Assembly (NCBI GenBank): GCA_030704615.1
Contig: CM060732.1
Span: forward strand, 45,508,001 to 45,572,000
Origin: Takakia lepidozioides
Lineage: Eukaryota > Plantae > Bryophyta
Direction: 5' to 3'
Length of the DNA stretch: 64,000 bases
Part shown: positions 24,901 through 38,083 of the stretch, one piece after another
How positions within the stretch are numbered: position 1 is the stretch's first letter
How the letters are laid out: each line of letters starts with the position of its first letter
Translations under genes and position numbers: made by a program
Notes under the pieces: model-generated
Databases searched by the model: none
Seen by the model: the letters and a program-made list of their open reading frames with translations, nothing else
What the model was told of the DNA's origin: nothing

Positions 24901-27900
24901 CCATTGTCTATTCCGTGGAACCCAATCTCTCACTGAAGTCTTCCACTACGAGGATCAGAAATGTTTGGCAGCCTACCTGCACGAGGCATTCACCCTTAGA
25001 CAATCACTCGAACAATATTTCTTTTCTCTGACTCTGGTTTTCCTATTTTCTCTCATGTTCTTCCTTCCATTTTGTCCCATAAGCTCTATGAGCTTTCCGC
25101 GGACGTTATAAAGCACCATTTCATTTCATTTCATTTCTGTGCCTTTGTGCAATGCTTGGGGTTTTCTTCGTTGTTTCTGTAGTTCTCTTCCATATATATT
25201 CCCGCTCAAACTGGGCGCGGGGTCAATGGCCACAAGGCTACGGCAAACAACGTCTTATGAGTACAATCTTCCATATATATTCTTGCCCGCACAATGAATA
25301 GCTTTTTTCCTTTCTTTCTTTTTTTCCAACATCTATCAGGCTCCAAAATGCAGGTTTCAAACAATCCTGGTATGCTTGAGTGGATACCTTTTTTGAACGC
25401 CATGGACTCTCTGTTGCTTCACAATTACCAGTGAATCCAGAGGGGGTGGACATCCCATCCAAGCACGAACGCAACAGACTCATTAGAAAGGAGCTTATGG
25501 AACTACATGTCAGGAGAACTTGGAAGCTACCCAACCTCACGACAAAGCTCCATTTCTATCGAGAAACATTCTTGGTTCTCCGAGATGATAGAATCTTGCG
25601 GCCCAATTACCTTTCGGCCTCTTTATCTCCTTCTCTCCTGAGGGCATTGGGGCGGTTCAGGGTGGGCTCCCACAACCTACGTATAGAGACTGGCAGATGG
25701 GAAAACTTGCAGCGGGAGGACCACCTATGTCCAGCTTGCACAGGCCGCAACCAGGAAACTGAAACTGAAGAACATTTCTTCTTCTCTTGCCCTCTATACT
25801 ATGAGATCCGTGGGAGATTCCTCTGTCTATTCCATGGAACCCAATCTCCCACTGAAGTCTTCCACTATGAAGATCAGAAATGCTTGGCAGCTTACCTGCA
25901 CGAGGCACTCACCCTTAGACAATTACTCGAACAATAGTTTCTATCTCTGGCTCTGGTTTTTGTTTCCTCTCTCATGTTTTCTTCCATTTTGTCCCATAAG
26001 CTCTATGAGCTTTCCGCAGACGTTATAAAGCACCATTTCATTTCATTTCATTTCTTTTTCCCCCTCTGGAACTGGTGTGGATGCTGTAAACCTCTACCCC
26101 ATCCCCTCTTGGACCTTATATATTCCTTCTTTTTCTTCTTCATCTTCACACTGTTCCTCTGCTGTCAAATAAAGTGAGGAGTTGTGGTTTGCAGAGAGCT
26201 GGCTTGATGAAGTTGAAGAAAGTTTTGAGGGCTGTATACAAGCAGTTCCCGTGCCCCCCGGCAGATGTGCTAGCCAATAAGTCAGTGGATTTATTTCTGG
26301 AGGACCCAGACTATGATGAAGAAGGTCTTCGGGAGATGAAGGTCTCGTGTACTAGTCAGGAACACGTCATACAACACGCTCTTCAAGCCTGGAGGCTTTT
26401 ACATCAACAAGAGGGAGGTGAAGGCTACAAGGGTTTGAAAAACATGCAGGAGGTAGCTACAAACAGTGAGTCAGGAGTGGGTGATGTTTCTGGTGGTTCT
26501 GCAAGTTCTCAGGCGTCTTTTGTCACAGCATCGTCGGTAATTTCTTGCATGGAAAGTGGCACCCAGGCGGCCCGTGGACGATTGCAGCCACAGCCTTACT
26601 CCCAAGTTTTTGAGAATTTGTACTACCTTCTTACTCAGATTGAGGACATGACAGCAAGTGACAAATATCCGGGCTTTGTGCTTGCAAAAGAGGGAGAGGA
26701 TTTTATTCAACATAATGCTAATCTTTTCAAGTATGACTTGTGCTATAACCCACTGCGATTTGAGAGTTGGCAAAAGCTTGCCAAAATCTATGATGAGGTA
26801 AGGTGAACTCTAATCTTCCTTCCCATACATGATATTTGTACTTTTGTGTTTACAGATAAAAGAAGCTATGTATCTTGAGTTTCAAAGGCCAATATGCAGA
26901 GGACATGGAAGCATGTTGTAGGACACTAATCACACATCAAGTTTTGCACCCATGCCCATGACAGTATTCTTTGATTATCTATACATTCTATAGCACCTGT
27001 GTGGTAGGGGCATATTTTTGCTGGTTGCTATGCACTTTGTGAGATTATACCTTGGGCCAAATCATACTCATGTCTTGTATTTGATGGACTGTTTGCTACT
27101 GCCTTCATGGTAATGTGTTGAAATTGAACAGGTTAGAAGTCTACCTCAACTGGACTTGCTGAAATAGCTGATGATGATGACAATGAAGGATTGTGGGTGG
27201 GTTATCCCACTGTGAATGGCACCATTCAGCGCATTAAAGCACCTGCAACAAGTTTGGTGTACTCAGTTTTGAAAGGAGGTATAGCAGATCAAAGGGTCTC
27301 TGTCACTCCCACTCTTAGCTGACTAACCTATGGTTATCCTTCACACCATGCATATATTTATACTGTGGTACTAATTGTCCATGGCAGGAGGTGGACTTGC
27401 TGTTAAATGATGGTAGCAAGAATATCAATGCGACACAATGGAGAAGAAATGAGCTCTTGATGTCCCGTGTGGAAATGAGTCGGCGTAGAAGCCGACGTTG
27501 CCTGTTGATGGCTTTGACACTGGCTGTTACTCCTGAACAACAGGTTTGCCTCCAGACCTACCTGTAGTGCTGCAACTCTTTCCAAGGGGTTGAAGTTTGT
27601 GACTGTCTATTTACGTCTGACAATTGTGTATGATGGGGATGTTTGAGCTCTTGGCCCCCCATCCTTACTGAGTATCACCTTAAGTTTTGTCAGAGATGAA
27701 TATTCCTTCAAACCTTGCCTATTGTAGATAACAATTCTGTCTTTGGACCATATCTGTGCATGTGTATCGACAGTGGTGGTCCAGTCTCCTTGAGAAAAGC
27801 TTTGTTGATCAAGATCATTGCCATTTGCGGTTCACTTCTTGTTTGCCTTCATAAAATGGGTCAGGAGTAGAGTTTTACTCAGTGAAGTAATAGAGGTGAT

Positions 27901-30900
27901 CAGATAAACATAACGTTGTTCAAGCGTGAAGCATGTTTCAGAGCGAGATTAATGAGCTGCTGGCCCTCGTGTACTATGACTCTATCCAAGATGTGGTTCC
28001 CTCTTACGACCAGCGGCGTCATGTGCCCATCCAAGATACCACTTGGTATTCAGTTTGTGCAAAATCCTTCACGCACTTCGGGGTGGCATTTTCTTTCAAG
28101 TAGGAGCCTTGAGACCTTCCAGTGATTTTACAGTGTTGGTTCCTATTGTTTACTTATGAAGTGGCTGTTGAACAGGAGTGAGTGGCAGATCATGGCTAGA
28201 TTGGAATGAGGCAAAGAGTTGATGACCAGTTGTAGTCACCGGCTGCCCTCCTTGTGTTTGTTCTATTTACCACTACATTCACGGTTAAGAGCATGTCAGT
28301 CTTTTATTTATGAGATCAACATTTTGAAGGGGCAATAAAAGGTACAATAAATTAGGACATTTATGTTCCTCCTTCCATGGATGGCTAGAGGTTTTAGATG
28401 GCTTGCTTAGCCCAAAACAAGATGAACAGAGATACTTTGTGCTGATGGTGCAAATCTAATGGCTGTTGTGGCACAGGCCGCACTGGACACATCTTTTCTA
28501 TCTGGGAAAACTCAGTGAAAAGTTGGGACGCTCAAATTCAGAGGCTCTTTCCTACTACAGAAGAGCAGCTGACATGAATCCTACAACTGTCGACCCTGTG
28601 TACCGTCTTCATGCCTCTCGTTTCAAGATTCTGTGTCAGAGCAACCGGAGGGATGAGACAGTTCTGCGAGTACGTCTTCATCCCCTTACTATCATCTTCA
28701 CACACATGCACAGACAACCTAGTTACTACTAGGTGTAGGTCATGTGGATGCCCAAGACAGCCACTATGAGATGCATCCAGGACTTGTAAGACAGTGACCT
28801 ATCCCCATTGCACTGTTACTGGATCGTGCTCCACATTTCGAACCATCGGGGAAAGATTATGGTGAATTTTTTTTTTTGTATTTGCTCCCTAACTGAATAC
28901 GGTGAAGTGCTAACTGAATCAATTTCATATTTTGGAGTTATCATGTTTCAAAATCTTATGCAGGTTGTAGCACAGTACTGCTTTCTTCCTTCCACTCAGG
29001 AAAAGGTCTACAGCACCTGTCGGTCCCTCATCAACTATATTACGAATGGGCCAATACTGAAGCGGGTGGACTGTATGGACATAGCTGGTGAGGGTGGCCC
29101 ACTGGAAGGTTCTGAGCTTCAGCATGTCACTACAACAAGGAAGGTGTGCCTCATGCTCTTGTTTGCTCATAGCCTTTGTCCAGATGTGGCTAAGATATCA
29201 GGTCTCCTCACTGCAGACATTTTCAAGATAAGTTCTTGGAGTCTGCAGTATGTCATAGATGATCTTCATGTCTAATTTGTGGATCTTTTGCTTCTGATCA
29301 ACTTTCGTATCATCATTGGGGCTCTTACTGAGGACATTTTCCACATTGGCAGAGAGGTGAGGGGACTAGTCCAGAGTTCGATGAAGAGCATGACCAGGAG
29401 CCATTGCAGGAAGCTTGGAGGTTACTGTTTGAGGATTGTGCAGCAGCTTTGCAGTCGTATTATGACGGAGACCTGAAGCATTTCCATAAGGCCCGGTATC
29501 GCATGGCACATGGGTTATACACCCGAGGAGACACCCATGACTTACACAAGGCTAAAGAGGAACTTGCCTTTTGCTTCAAGACTCATAGATCTCTGTTCAC
29601 CATCAACATGTGGGAGATAGATGAGAGTCATTTGCGCAAAACTAGGTATAACTCATCCAGTGGTTGTTTATGGCCTTTTTTCAGCATACATGTTACAGAA
29701 TAGTTTAACATTAGAGCTGAAACTAGGGTACCGAAGTGACTTGTATTTTTCAATCCTTGCAGGCGTAAACCAGCACATCAACGTGTCTTGGAGCTGGGGA
29801 TGCCTGAGAGCTCCCGCAAATTTATCACTTGTGTGCGCAAGTACCTACTGTTCTATCTAACATTATGCAAGGACACTGAAGATCTTGGCACACTGGAAAG
29901 AGCTTATTCATGTTTAAAAACTGACAAGAAAGTAAGTCAGTATTCCTCCTTTAAGAATGACACCTCTCCAGTAACATGGTGCTTGTGAAGTTAGCCCATG
30001 TGAAGAATTGCTAAAGATCCCTCCTTTGTTGTAGAAGAACAGTGCAACTTCGTATTCAAGGGGAAATGTTTTCCCTGCTCTCCTTGGTGATTATTGGCTG
30101 GAATCCCCATGTAACTCATCAATCTCTTTAAGCACCCAGCTAATGTATTATATGCTTGTACACCTTTTGCTCACACTTCTCTAGCAAATGGTCCTGATTT
30201 GCTCTAGGCCTACTTTGGGGAGGGAAACACGTTACACATAAAGTGTGGTGTCTATATCTGAACCAGAAGGACTTTTGGCATGCTCTTGTGAGGTGCAGAT
30301 CAAATTTAAGTTTCTACTGCAACTTGGGACTTCCATGATGCTGATAGGTTGTTTATTTCATGTTTTGGGGGCGGGGTGGGGGGTGGTGTGTTGGGGGTAC
30401 AGTTCTCATTGTGCTTGGAGGACATCTCTCGAGTTGCACTGGGACAGCATATACAGACACTAGCATGTTTAATTTGTCGGGTTGACACTGAAAGCTCCAG
30501 TTCTCATGCTCGCCTGAACTCTTTGCTAGAAAAGATGTTCAATCTGTATGTGGACTCCGGAACCTCCTGGCCAGATCTGGCAGGCCTAAGCCTCGCTGAA
30601 GCAGGAGTTTTGAATACAGAGGTTGCTGAGAGTGCTATTTACAGGTATGGATGTTCTATCTCAGCAAATGTGCTGATAGTTGACCTCCTTCCCCAATTTC
30701 AGACTTCTCTGTTCTCTGTGGAAACTGTCAATATCATTAGTCTTTGTGGCGTGATTGTTAGAGGAGCAGAGACTTGGATATGTGGACAGATGCATTCACT
30801 AAGGTTGTCCCAGAATTAATAAGTGGTGTTCCTTGGTTTGCAGCTACATTCATCGCTATTTCCAACTGTTGGAAGCTGAAAACCGAATAGATGCCCTCGA

Positions 30901-32149
30901 GGCAGCCAACGAGCGGCTAAGGAAGAGATTCAAAAACCCCAAGCTTATGGGCACCCAGTCAGCACGGGTCTGCCAGCATGCTTCGCTTTCATGGTGTCGA
31001 GCCCTGTGTTCGGCCCTCTGCTCCATCACCGCCCATCCTCCAGAAACCTCCCCAATAGCTCCATCTCAGTTTCCAATTCCAGCACCCCAGGCCAACAGTG
31101 GGCACCATGAAGTCCAGTTGATTGTGGACTTCCATGAAGACTTTGCAGAAATGAGTTCGTATGAAGTACAATCCCTTTTCATTCCAACTGAACATGATAC
31201 TGCAGTGAGAGAGGGAGTGCCCAGTGCTAATAAACCTTCTCCTTCTACAAGAGAGCCTACTGCAGCAGCTGGAGAGTCTAACAGGAGTGCACCAAGTTGC
31301 AGCAAATCAGATTTCCCTCCATCCTGTCTCCCCATACGCATGAAGAATGTCCCTGTTATGCAAGCATCTTTGGAAAACCTGGAGAAGGCAAGGTCGTTGC
31401 TGCGGTCATCATACATTTTTTACCGGGATAGCTTCTCGGGGCCGTTTCCCAGTGGAATAAGTTTATTTGTTACAGGGCCTGGGAAAATTCCAAACCGAGG
31501 GTCAGGGAGTGATGGAAGTGTCAGTGGTTCACCTTTGCCAGGAAGACCACCTTTTGGAGCCGAAGCTTTGGATATAAGCACTCCTCGAAAGCTATTGCTT
31601 TGGGCTTTTGCTTTAGTGCATGGGCGAACAGGCAGTATGGCTGAAGCTGTCAAATACTGTGAAGAACAGGCTAAGGTTTGTATACAGAACATGTGGAAGT
31701 CTATCTGCACACTAGTGTGTTTGAGATTTCAAAACACGGCTTTTAAGTGGAGAGTCACCGGGATACAGTTTGTTTTCCAAGGTTGCAGGTCAATGATAAC
31801 CATGTGTGACAGCTGATCAGCCTCACGCCTTCTTGTTTGTACTTTGGCCTTTGGAAGTTGGAGACCTTGTGTTAAAGAGACAAGTCTCCTTGTCAGTTAG
31901 AAGTTCCACATGTGCAACTAGCTTCAAGTATGAGAATATCAAAGACTCAATCGATTGTTTCTGATTGCGTAGACTGTAACATTTTGAATGACCAAACTAG
32001 CTGAATTTTGGCTTATATGTGGTTTTCCTTTTGTGATGCCACAGCCAAGATTGAAAAAAGGGCTATCAACGGCGACATCTCTGCCATCAGCTGCTGGTCC
32101 CTCTGCAACACCAGGTCTGTATATCAAGCTAACTAATGGTGGGGTGTGA
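18929..32149 (+). CDS. CABIN1: Calcineurin-binding protein 1-like TPR protein (HIRA complex subunit), ~2188 aa. Exons: 18929-18931, 19074-19151, 19297-19416, 19613-19653, 19846-20057, 20351-22773, 23126-23341, 23697-24239, 26195-26797, 27388-27543, 27942-28099, 28477-28669, 28964-29143, 29353-29645, 29763-29931, 30403-30644, 30844-31675, 32045-32149
   Basis: M|FSFAAIND...[95 protein letters not shown] and [14 protein letters not shown] match plant CABIN1. All introns are GT-AG and phase-consistent. The last exon is less certain. Confidence 0.9.
20141..20177 (+). mobile_element. Extreme 3' tip of LINE family B with (CATTT)n tail, in a CABIN1 intron
   Basis: cggacgttataaagcaccatttcatttcatttcattt matches the ends at ~25.1 kb and ~26.0 kb. 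It is flanked by the direct repeat tttctct. Confidence 0.8.
24445..24704 (+). mobile_element. 5'-truncated LINE family A copy
   Basis: Homologous to the reverse complement of 49184-49440. TSD tctgttctctgtYgctt at 24428-24444 and 24705-24721. Confidence 0.85.
24799..25137 (+). mobile_element. 5'-truncated LINE family B copy with (CATTT)n tail
   Basis: Encodes [25 protein letters not shown] and is close in sequence to 25718-26053. Confidence 0.85.
25202..25266 (+). mobile_element. 65-bp 3' tip of LINE family A
   Basis: Matches the terminus of the 49.2-kb copy. 16-bp TSD tcttccatatatattc at 25186-25201 and 25267-25282. Confidence 0.9.
25328..26053 (+). mobile_element. 5'-truncated RTE-group (RTEX-like) LINE family B with C-terminal CCHC knuckle and (CATTT)n tail
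   Basis: ORF 25380-25937 reads [18 protein letters not shown]...CPAC...[17 protein letters not shown]. The tail is catttcatttcatttcattt and both flanks are pyrimidine-rich. Confidence 0.85.
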
Positions 32150-33110
32150 AACTGAGATGGAGGAATTTTTTTGGATCCACTTGTCATCCTATGCATCCTC
32201 TTTTTTGTTGTTCTGTGTACAAGGTCCTCAGGGCCTTAACAATGGAACCAGTATGCTAGATGGTTGGAATGTAGACTGAGGGAAAGACATGTAGGGGAAA
32301 GGATGGGTGTTAGGAGAAGAAAGCATTCATAGGTCAGTTGTTCCAGGAGTTCATTTGTGTAGGGAGCTCAACGGGGCTCTTACCAAACAGGTCCAGAGCC
32401 AACAGAAAGGGATCCCCAGAAACCTGTGCTAAATCGCTACTCATTCTTTTCTTGGCTTGGTGGTTTCAAAGAGGAACACTGAAAACATCGAGAATCATTC
32501 CTTCTGAACAAGCATCCGTCAGCACAATTGACCATTATGGGAGCTGCACATGGAGCAGGGAAGAGGGTTGCCTCCTGCGATAGAACCCCTTGTCAGGAAT
32601 TTCCTTAACCTTAAAGGCTCAAGATGGATTCAACTGGCTCAATGATTATGGGCTGAACAAGCACTGCCTCCCTCGGACCATTTCTTGTTGGGAATTCACT
32701 ACTGTACTCTAGTGGCAAGTGCCTGACACACCTGTATATTAGAAGTCCTCGCACAAGCCATTATACATACTTAACAGCAGAAGGCAAGCATTGACATTTA
32801 GATCAACTTCATTTAGGGTTACTCATTGATAGTATGATTTTTAATAATGTAAATCAAATTGTGCAAGGTATTTGCAATGAATATGAACTTGGAATATACC
32901 ATACCCTCATGGTATATTTGGGTCTATATTCCCTCATTGAGGGTAATCTGTTTGCTGAAATTTGATTTATTTTTATATGGAAGAAAAGTTGTTTGCAAAA
33001 TTCCACTAGAAGATAATAGGAATAATGTAAGAACTTAATGCACAAGCACAACCTCTGACAGGATGGTGTGCCGGTTTTTGGCATGTCAAATCTTCCCTAC
33101 CCTCTCTTGA

Positions 33111-33350
33111 GAGTGACATCGGGTTACGCGACGAGGTGTGTAACTCCACTCGGGGTTACACAGAAATCGAGAGTAACTCCTCTCGCTGTAACTCACACTT
33201 GGTCTCGAAATTTGACTAAGTCTAAATTTGGAAAATGGACTAACCAGAGTTACATGAGAAACCGGGGTTACAGAGGGTACACCAATACAGAGGGTTACAC
33301 CCAATTTTGGAGGATTGTACCACTGTGGTTACACCAACCAGGGTTATACT
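33111..33350. repeat. Short element built from repeated GGTTAC/GTAAC motifs in both orientations (MITE-like)
   Basis: About ten ggttac/gtaact motifs within 240 bp. Confidence 0.45.
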
Positions 33351-33354
33351 ACAA

Positions 33355-33427
33355 ACGCCTCCCATCAAGAATTGAACCCTGAACTTCACCACCTGCAACA
33401 CTACCACCTTACCATCTTGCTACCCAC
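33355..33427 (-). mobile_element. tRNA-like SINE head, degenerate
   Basis: Minus-strand A box GTAGCAAGATGGT (33423-33411) and B box GGGTTCAATTC (33379-33369), 31 nt apart. Confidence 0.5.
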
Positions 33428-34976
33428 CCCAGCTTGCAACCCACTTGGATTCTTAAGTATTTATAATAGTGAAACTGAGGTAAGAGGGGGTGGGGAGGAT
33501 TTGACAGGGGCCCCGCCGGAGGAGATCAGGCTGCTGGAATCCGGGCGAAAGTACCGTCAGAACACAGGCCTCCATTAAGTTCTTACTCCTATTGTCTTCC
33601 AATTGACATCATCTACCCATGGTAAGCTCACATCAATCTACACATGCGACATTGATGCAAACTCCATGATTGCAACAGAGGGTTAACCAGTTAGAAGTAA
33701 AGGTAAAGATAAAGTTTCTTTTTAAGTCCAGTGAATTTACAGAGCCTACTGCTCAACACACATGCCAGAGAGGGCCCAATGGACGGTCTGAAGGTACATG
33801 TTGAAGGATTGAAAGGATCACCTAGGTTATGCACAGGCAAGGCACAACCAGTGGGCACACCCAACCACTAGAATGTGTTTATCGTTTAGGTTGGCCAATT
33901 ATAGCCCATTTTGAGTGTTTTCCAGTGTTGGGCGGGTATATAGATTTCAATATACCCTTAGAGTATAAGCAAATTATTTTTGTCAAATCACTTACCCTTC
34001 AGGAATGGAAAAATTGAAATCTCAAAATTTTACTTACCCTCTGGATATGGGTAAATTAACTTTTCAGATTTCTATATAACCCCCGGGTACGGATATATAT
34101 GCCAAAATATACCTTGAGGGTATGGATAGTTTCTGGGTATGCATAATTATTTAAATCAATATATAATTTAATGGTTTTAAAATTGTGATTTTTTTTCAAT
34201 ATATATATATAATCTGAAAAGGTTTTCTTTGGGTCATATGACATTTTAGGAATGATAGATATGTAATAATTTTTTTAGCTGTGATTGGAGCTTTCTTACA
34301 GCTAAAGGCTCCTTAACAACACAACAAAAAGAGAGAAGACCTAGCACATAAAGGTTGTAGGGCACTAGTCTTATGTCCCAAAAAAATCCCTCCCTTACTC
34401 TGCATAAGAAAGGAAAAACTACTAGATTTTGCTAGATGGGTGATAGCTAGGCCACAGATACCATTTGCCTCCGTTGACACGACACGTAGAAGAACGGCGT
34501 CTTCCCAACGTCACGGGGAGTGGCCACACAAGGCCATCCTTCCTCGGTGGGACCCAGTTTCAAAAGCAGGGATTGGTTGGTTGTTTAGATCCAACAAGGC
34601 AAAGGCTGATGTCAGGATAACATCATTTCCTCCTTTTCATGCTCCCATGGCGCCTTCCCACATTGGCGGCTGGGACGCTAAACCGTGAGCGTAGAGGGGT
34701 GAGCGGTGAGTTCGAAATCGTGAGCCCATAATATAAATTATATATGATTATGAGTATGGATGGGTCGACAAAACATTAAGAAAGGGGATGTATTTTCACG
34801 GATTATTGTATAACGACCCTATATCCGAGGAAGCCAAAAATGACAATTCAACAATGACAAAAAGTGTACTTCAAACTATACCAAAAAGACTGGAACATAT
34901 TTACAAATGGAACACATCGAGATCAATGAATGCATTTGATTGACACTCACGTAATTACTTTTGGTTGACACTCACG

Positions 34977-35041
34977 TCATTGTTTTTTATGACCAATTTG
35001 GTGTATTTATTAATACTCCAAATTGGTCATAAAAACAATGA
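34977..35041. repeat. Near-perfect hairpin/palindrome with ~30-bp arms
   Basis: tcattgttttttatgaccaatttggtgtatt / aatactccaaattggtcataaaaacaatga. Confidence 0.85.
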
Positions 35042-35864
35042 ATCAAATATCAAAAGAGTCTTCCACTCCTTTCATAGTTCTCAAGGATAAGATTTCTGGT
35101 ACAATGTCCAAGAAAGCACCCCATCGGACTTGAAGATTTTTTTTCCTATGAACAGATAATCCACTTCCAAAATGAATCGAAGTGCAACATCTTATGCGTC
35201 GACAATAACAAACCCACCCTCATCCATACCTAATATGAATGAAATTGAAATTCCATCAACGTATAAAGATGCATGGTCAGGCATATCACAGATTTATTGC
35301 AAGCCAAAGAGGATGTTGGAAACAATGAGGAAGAGAACATGACACTATGTGTACAACCTGGAGGGTGATGTATAATATTTTGATAACAAACACACCGCCA
35401 CAAACTCATCAATAGCATTACAGAGGAAGAATATTTATGAAGTCATCGTATTTAATTCTTACACATCCCATATCATCATTCCGATTTTGATGATTAAGAT
35501 CCAAATAGAAACTCATACCCATATTTTGCACGATCAAACATTGGACCAAAATACTAAATATTTATTTATTTATTTTCAAAATGTCATTTTATCTTATTTC
35601 AATAAAAACTTATCTAGGATATTTAAACTGATATGACGATATAAATATATATACCAATATATAAAAATATATATATTCAGATTCAAAACTGATATCAATA
35701 TATATTATTCCAAAATAAATCATATTTTTATTATTATGTCATTCACTCATTGATTATAAAAAGAAATTATGAAATTTTACTTTATTAATTAAAAATAGTT
35801 GGGTTCCAGATTTGGCCCAAGGGAAATGATGGAATTTTATTTTATTTTATTTTATGAAAACGGG

Positions 35865-37030
35865 AATGTGCCGTCCCATACGAAATATGAGGGCCAATGT
35901 CCCGTGTTTTGTGGAAAAAGTTAAAACCTAATTAGAAAATAATTGTTTTTATAAAAACAAAACACTGTTGTCTGGTATGCGCCGGCGCCAGCACATACAA
36001 AATATGAGGTTCCACTGTCCCTGTTTTGCAAAAATAAAAATTAAATAATTTTATAAAAAAACATTGTTGTTGTCTGGTATGCGCTGGCGCCGGCGCATAC
36101 GAAATATGAGGTCCACTGTCCCTGTTTTGTAAAAACAAAATTATATATATATATATATTAAAACACTGTTGTTGTTTGGTATGCGCCGGCACATACAAAA
36201 TACCTTCCCTTATCAACCGTTTAGGCGATAATTAATTCAGATTGAAAGGGCTTAACGCGTATTGGGAATTTTTCAAATTTTGGCCTAATTGCACGGAAAT
36301 CATGGAACCAAAGTGCCTAATGCCTAAAAATTCCCGCAAAAAACTTTCATGAAATAAGATGAGAATATCATTGAACAAAAATCAATACAAATATATGCGT
36401 GCGGAAATAACTTCCTACAAATCCCAACTTTCTAGTGACTTAGTGAGCATTGTACCAGCTTGAGTCTTGGAGCACTGCGTGCAACAAAGAGGTGCATTTT
36501 TAGGGTTTGCACGGAAGGATAGCTAGAGCCTGCAAGCTTGGAGGAGATTTTGAGCTAGCCTGCTGGACAAGTGGCCCATGGGCATTGGGTTTCTATTTTG
36601 TATTGTTATTCTTAAGAAAATAAATGTTTTCTCTTCTCATGTGCCTAATTCAAAAAACTTATACATAAGGATGCTTAATGTGAGAAATGGTTTGAAAAGC
36701 AGTCTGTTTGGTTTTTAATAATTATTAGGCGCAAGAATGCCTATACGGTTGATAAGGGACGGTATGAGAGCCACTGTCCCCTCTTTTGTAAGAATTGTTT
36801 TTTTTTAAATTGTTTAAAAAAAAAGAACTGTGCACCAACGCCAGCGTTTTTTTTTTTGGCGATCTCAAAAAATAGAAAAGAATATTCCATAGCAAATATG
36901 AAATATGAAAGCCACTGTCCCCTGTTTATAAAAAAATAAATTTAAAATAAATATTTGTTTTAAAAAAAAACACTGCTGTTTGGTATGCGCCGGCGCATAC
37001 AAAATATGAGGGCCATTGGCCCTTGTTTCA
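35865..37030. repeat. Minisatellite-like array of ~100-bp units, interrupted by a MITE
   Basis: Repeated unit aacactgttg..tggtatgcgccggcg..catac.aaatatgagg..ccactgtccctgtttt. Confidence 0.85.
36203..36762. mobile_element. Tc1/mariner-type MITE, 560 bp, with 24-bp TIRs and TA target duplication
   Basis: TIR CC(T/G)TCCCTTATCAACCGT(T/A)TAGGC at 36203-36226 and 36739-36762. TA at 36201-36202 and 36763-36764. Removing the element restores the host unit catacaaaaTAtgag. Confidence 0.85.
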
Positions 37031-37455
37031 ACCAAACAAATAAATAAAATAAAATAAACCTGAGGAAACTGTTGTCTGAGATTCATTTCGCCATGAAAAC
37101 CTGCATGCGCATGCTTATACCCGAAATGAAGAAATTAATGTTTGAGACCCCAGTTTTCTTTACCATGTTCATACTAAACCCTATGAGCATGTTCCACAAG
37201 CAGAACATTCTTTCGGTTGTAGTTAGCCTCTTATGTCACTCAAAAACTTCTGCTGGAATATGGGGTTCTTCTGTTGTAAGGCTACACGGTTATAGGTCTT
37301 TTAGTATTCAATATGTAATCCGTGGGAATAGGGGGTTTTCCCATTTGTGAGCCTATGCTCACGAATACAAGCTCACACATCTAGGCTCACGGAATAGCAT
37401 TCCTGCATTAGCGGCACCGTACTATAGGCTGCAGCATTCAAGGAAGACACTTCCA

Positions 37456-38083
37456 TCTCCATAAATGCAGGTTCCCTTGCGTTACAAAACTAAGTTGAGC
37501 GGACGACCCGCCGGACGTTGTTTAGAACGACCTGACACCATTGTGCGCCAAGGTCCCGCATGTGTGGCCTGAGTATGAGATTCCCTAAAAGTATCTCCAC
37601 GCTAAATGTCACCTCGAATGTTATGCTACCGCCGTTGCTATGCTCCCGCCGTCGAATGCTCCCGCCGTTGCTATCAATATATGAAGCAAGCTGGTTGTGT
37701 TGTTTTGTTTTGTTTTGTAGTGCCGTTGAGATCTCTCAAATTGCGGGCCAGCCTGGTACTTAGTGCCGTTGGAAAGCCCTCGACGAGGAGGGGTGCACTG
37801 GCTTGGTCTCATGATTTTTGGATTGGCGGTGTGGGAGATGTGGAATTTCAAGTACTTTAGGTCGTTGGAAATTCCCGGAAATTCTCGAAAAATAGCAAAG
37901 TGGGCATTCCTGGGACAATGGTTGGAGCCTCAAGAGAGATATCAAGGGAAAAGTCTCCGGTTCAAATATGGTCGTGAGCTCTCTGAAAAAAATAAAATGA
38001 TTAGATATGGCTTGCTTCATATATTGATGCATTTGGACTTAGATGCCGTTGGACACTTGGGCCAACAGCACAGGCTACCCTAG
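37456..38083 (+). mobile_element. Putative non-autonomous Helitron
   Basis: 3' hairpin gccgttgg...ccaacagc (38045-38069) followed 10 nt later by CTAG|T. Candidate 5' end A|TC at 37456 is uncertain. Internal (A)GTGCCGTTG repeats. Confidence 0.5.

Larger units (their letters stand above)
34672..37403. mobile_element. Non-autonomous TIR element with degenerate ~33-bp terminal inverted repeats
   Basis: GGGACGCTAAACCGTGAGCGTAGAGGGGTGAGC (34672-34704) versus GGAATGCTATTCCGTGAGCCTAGATGTGTGAGC (reverse complement of 37371-37403). No TSD is seen. Confidence 0.55.

Noticed and set aside
35865-37030. Repeat-spacer appearance of the ~100-bp array
   Set aside because: The spacers are degenerate A/T tracts related to each other. 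This is an ordinary TE-associated minisatellite.
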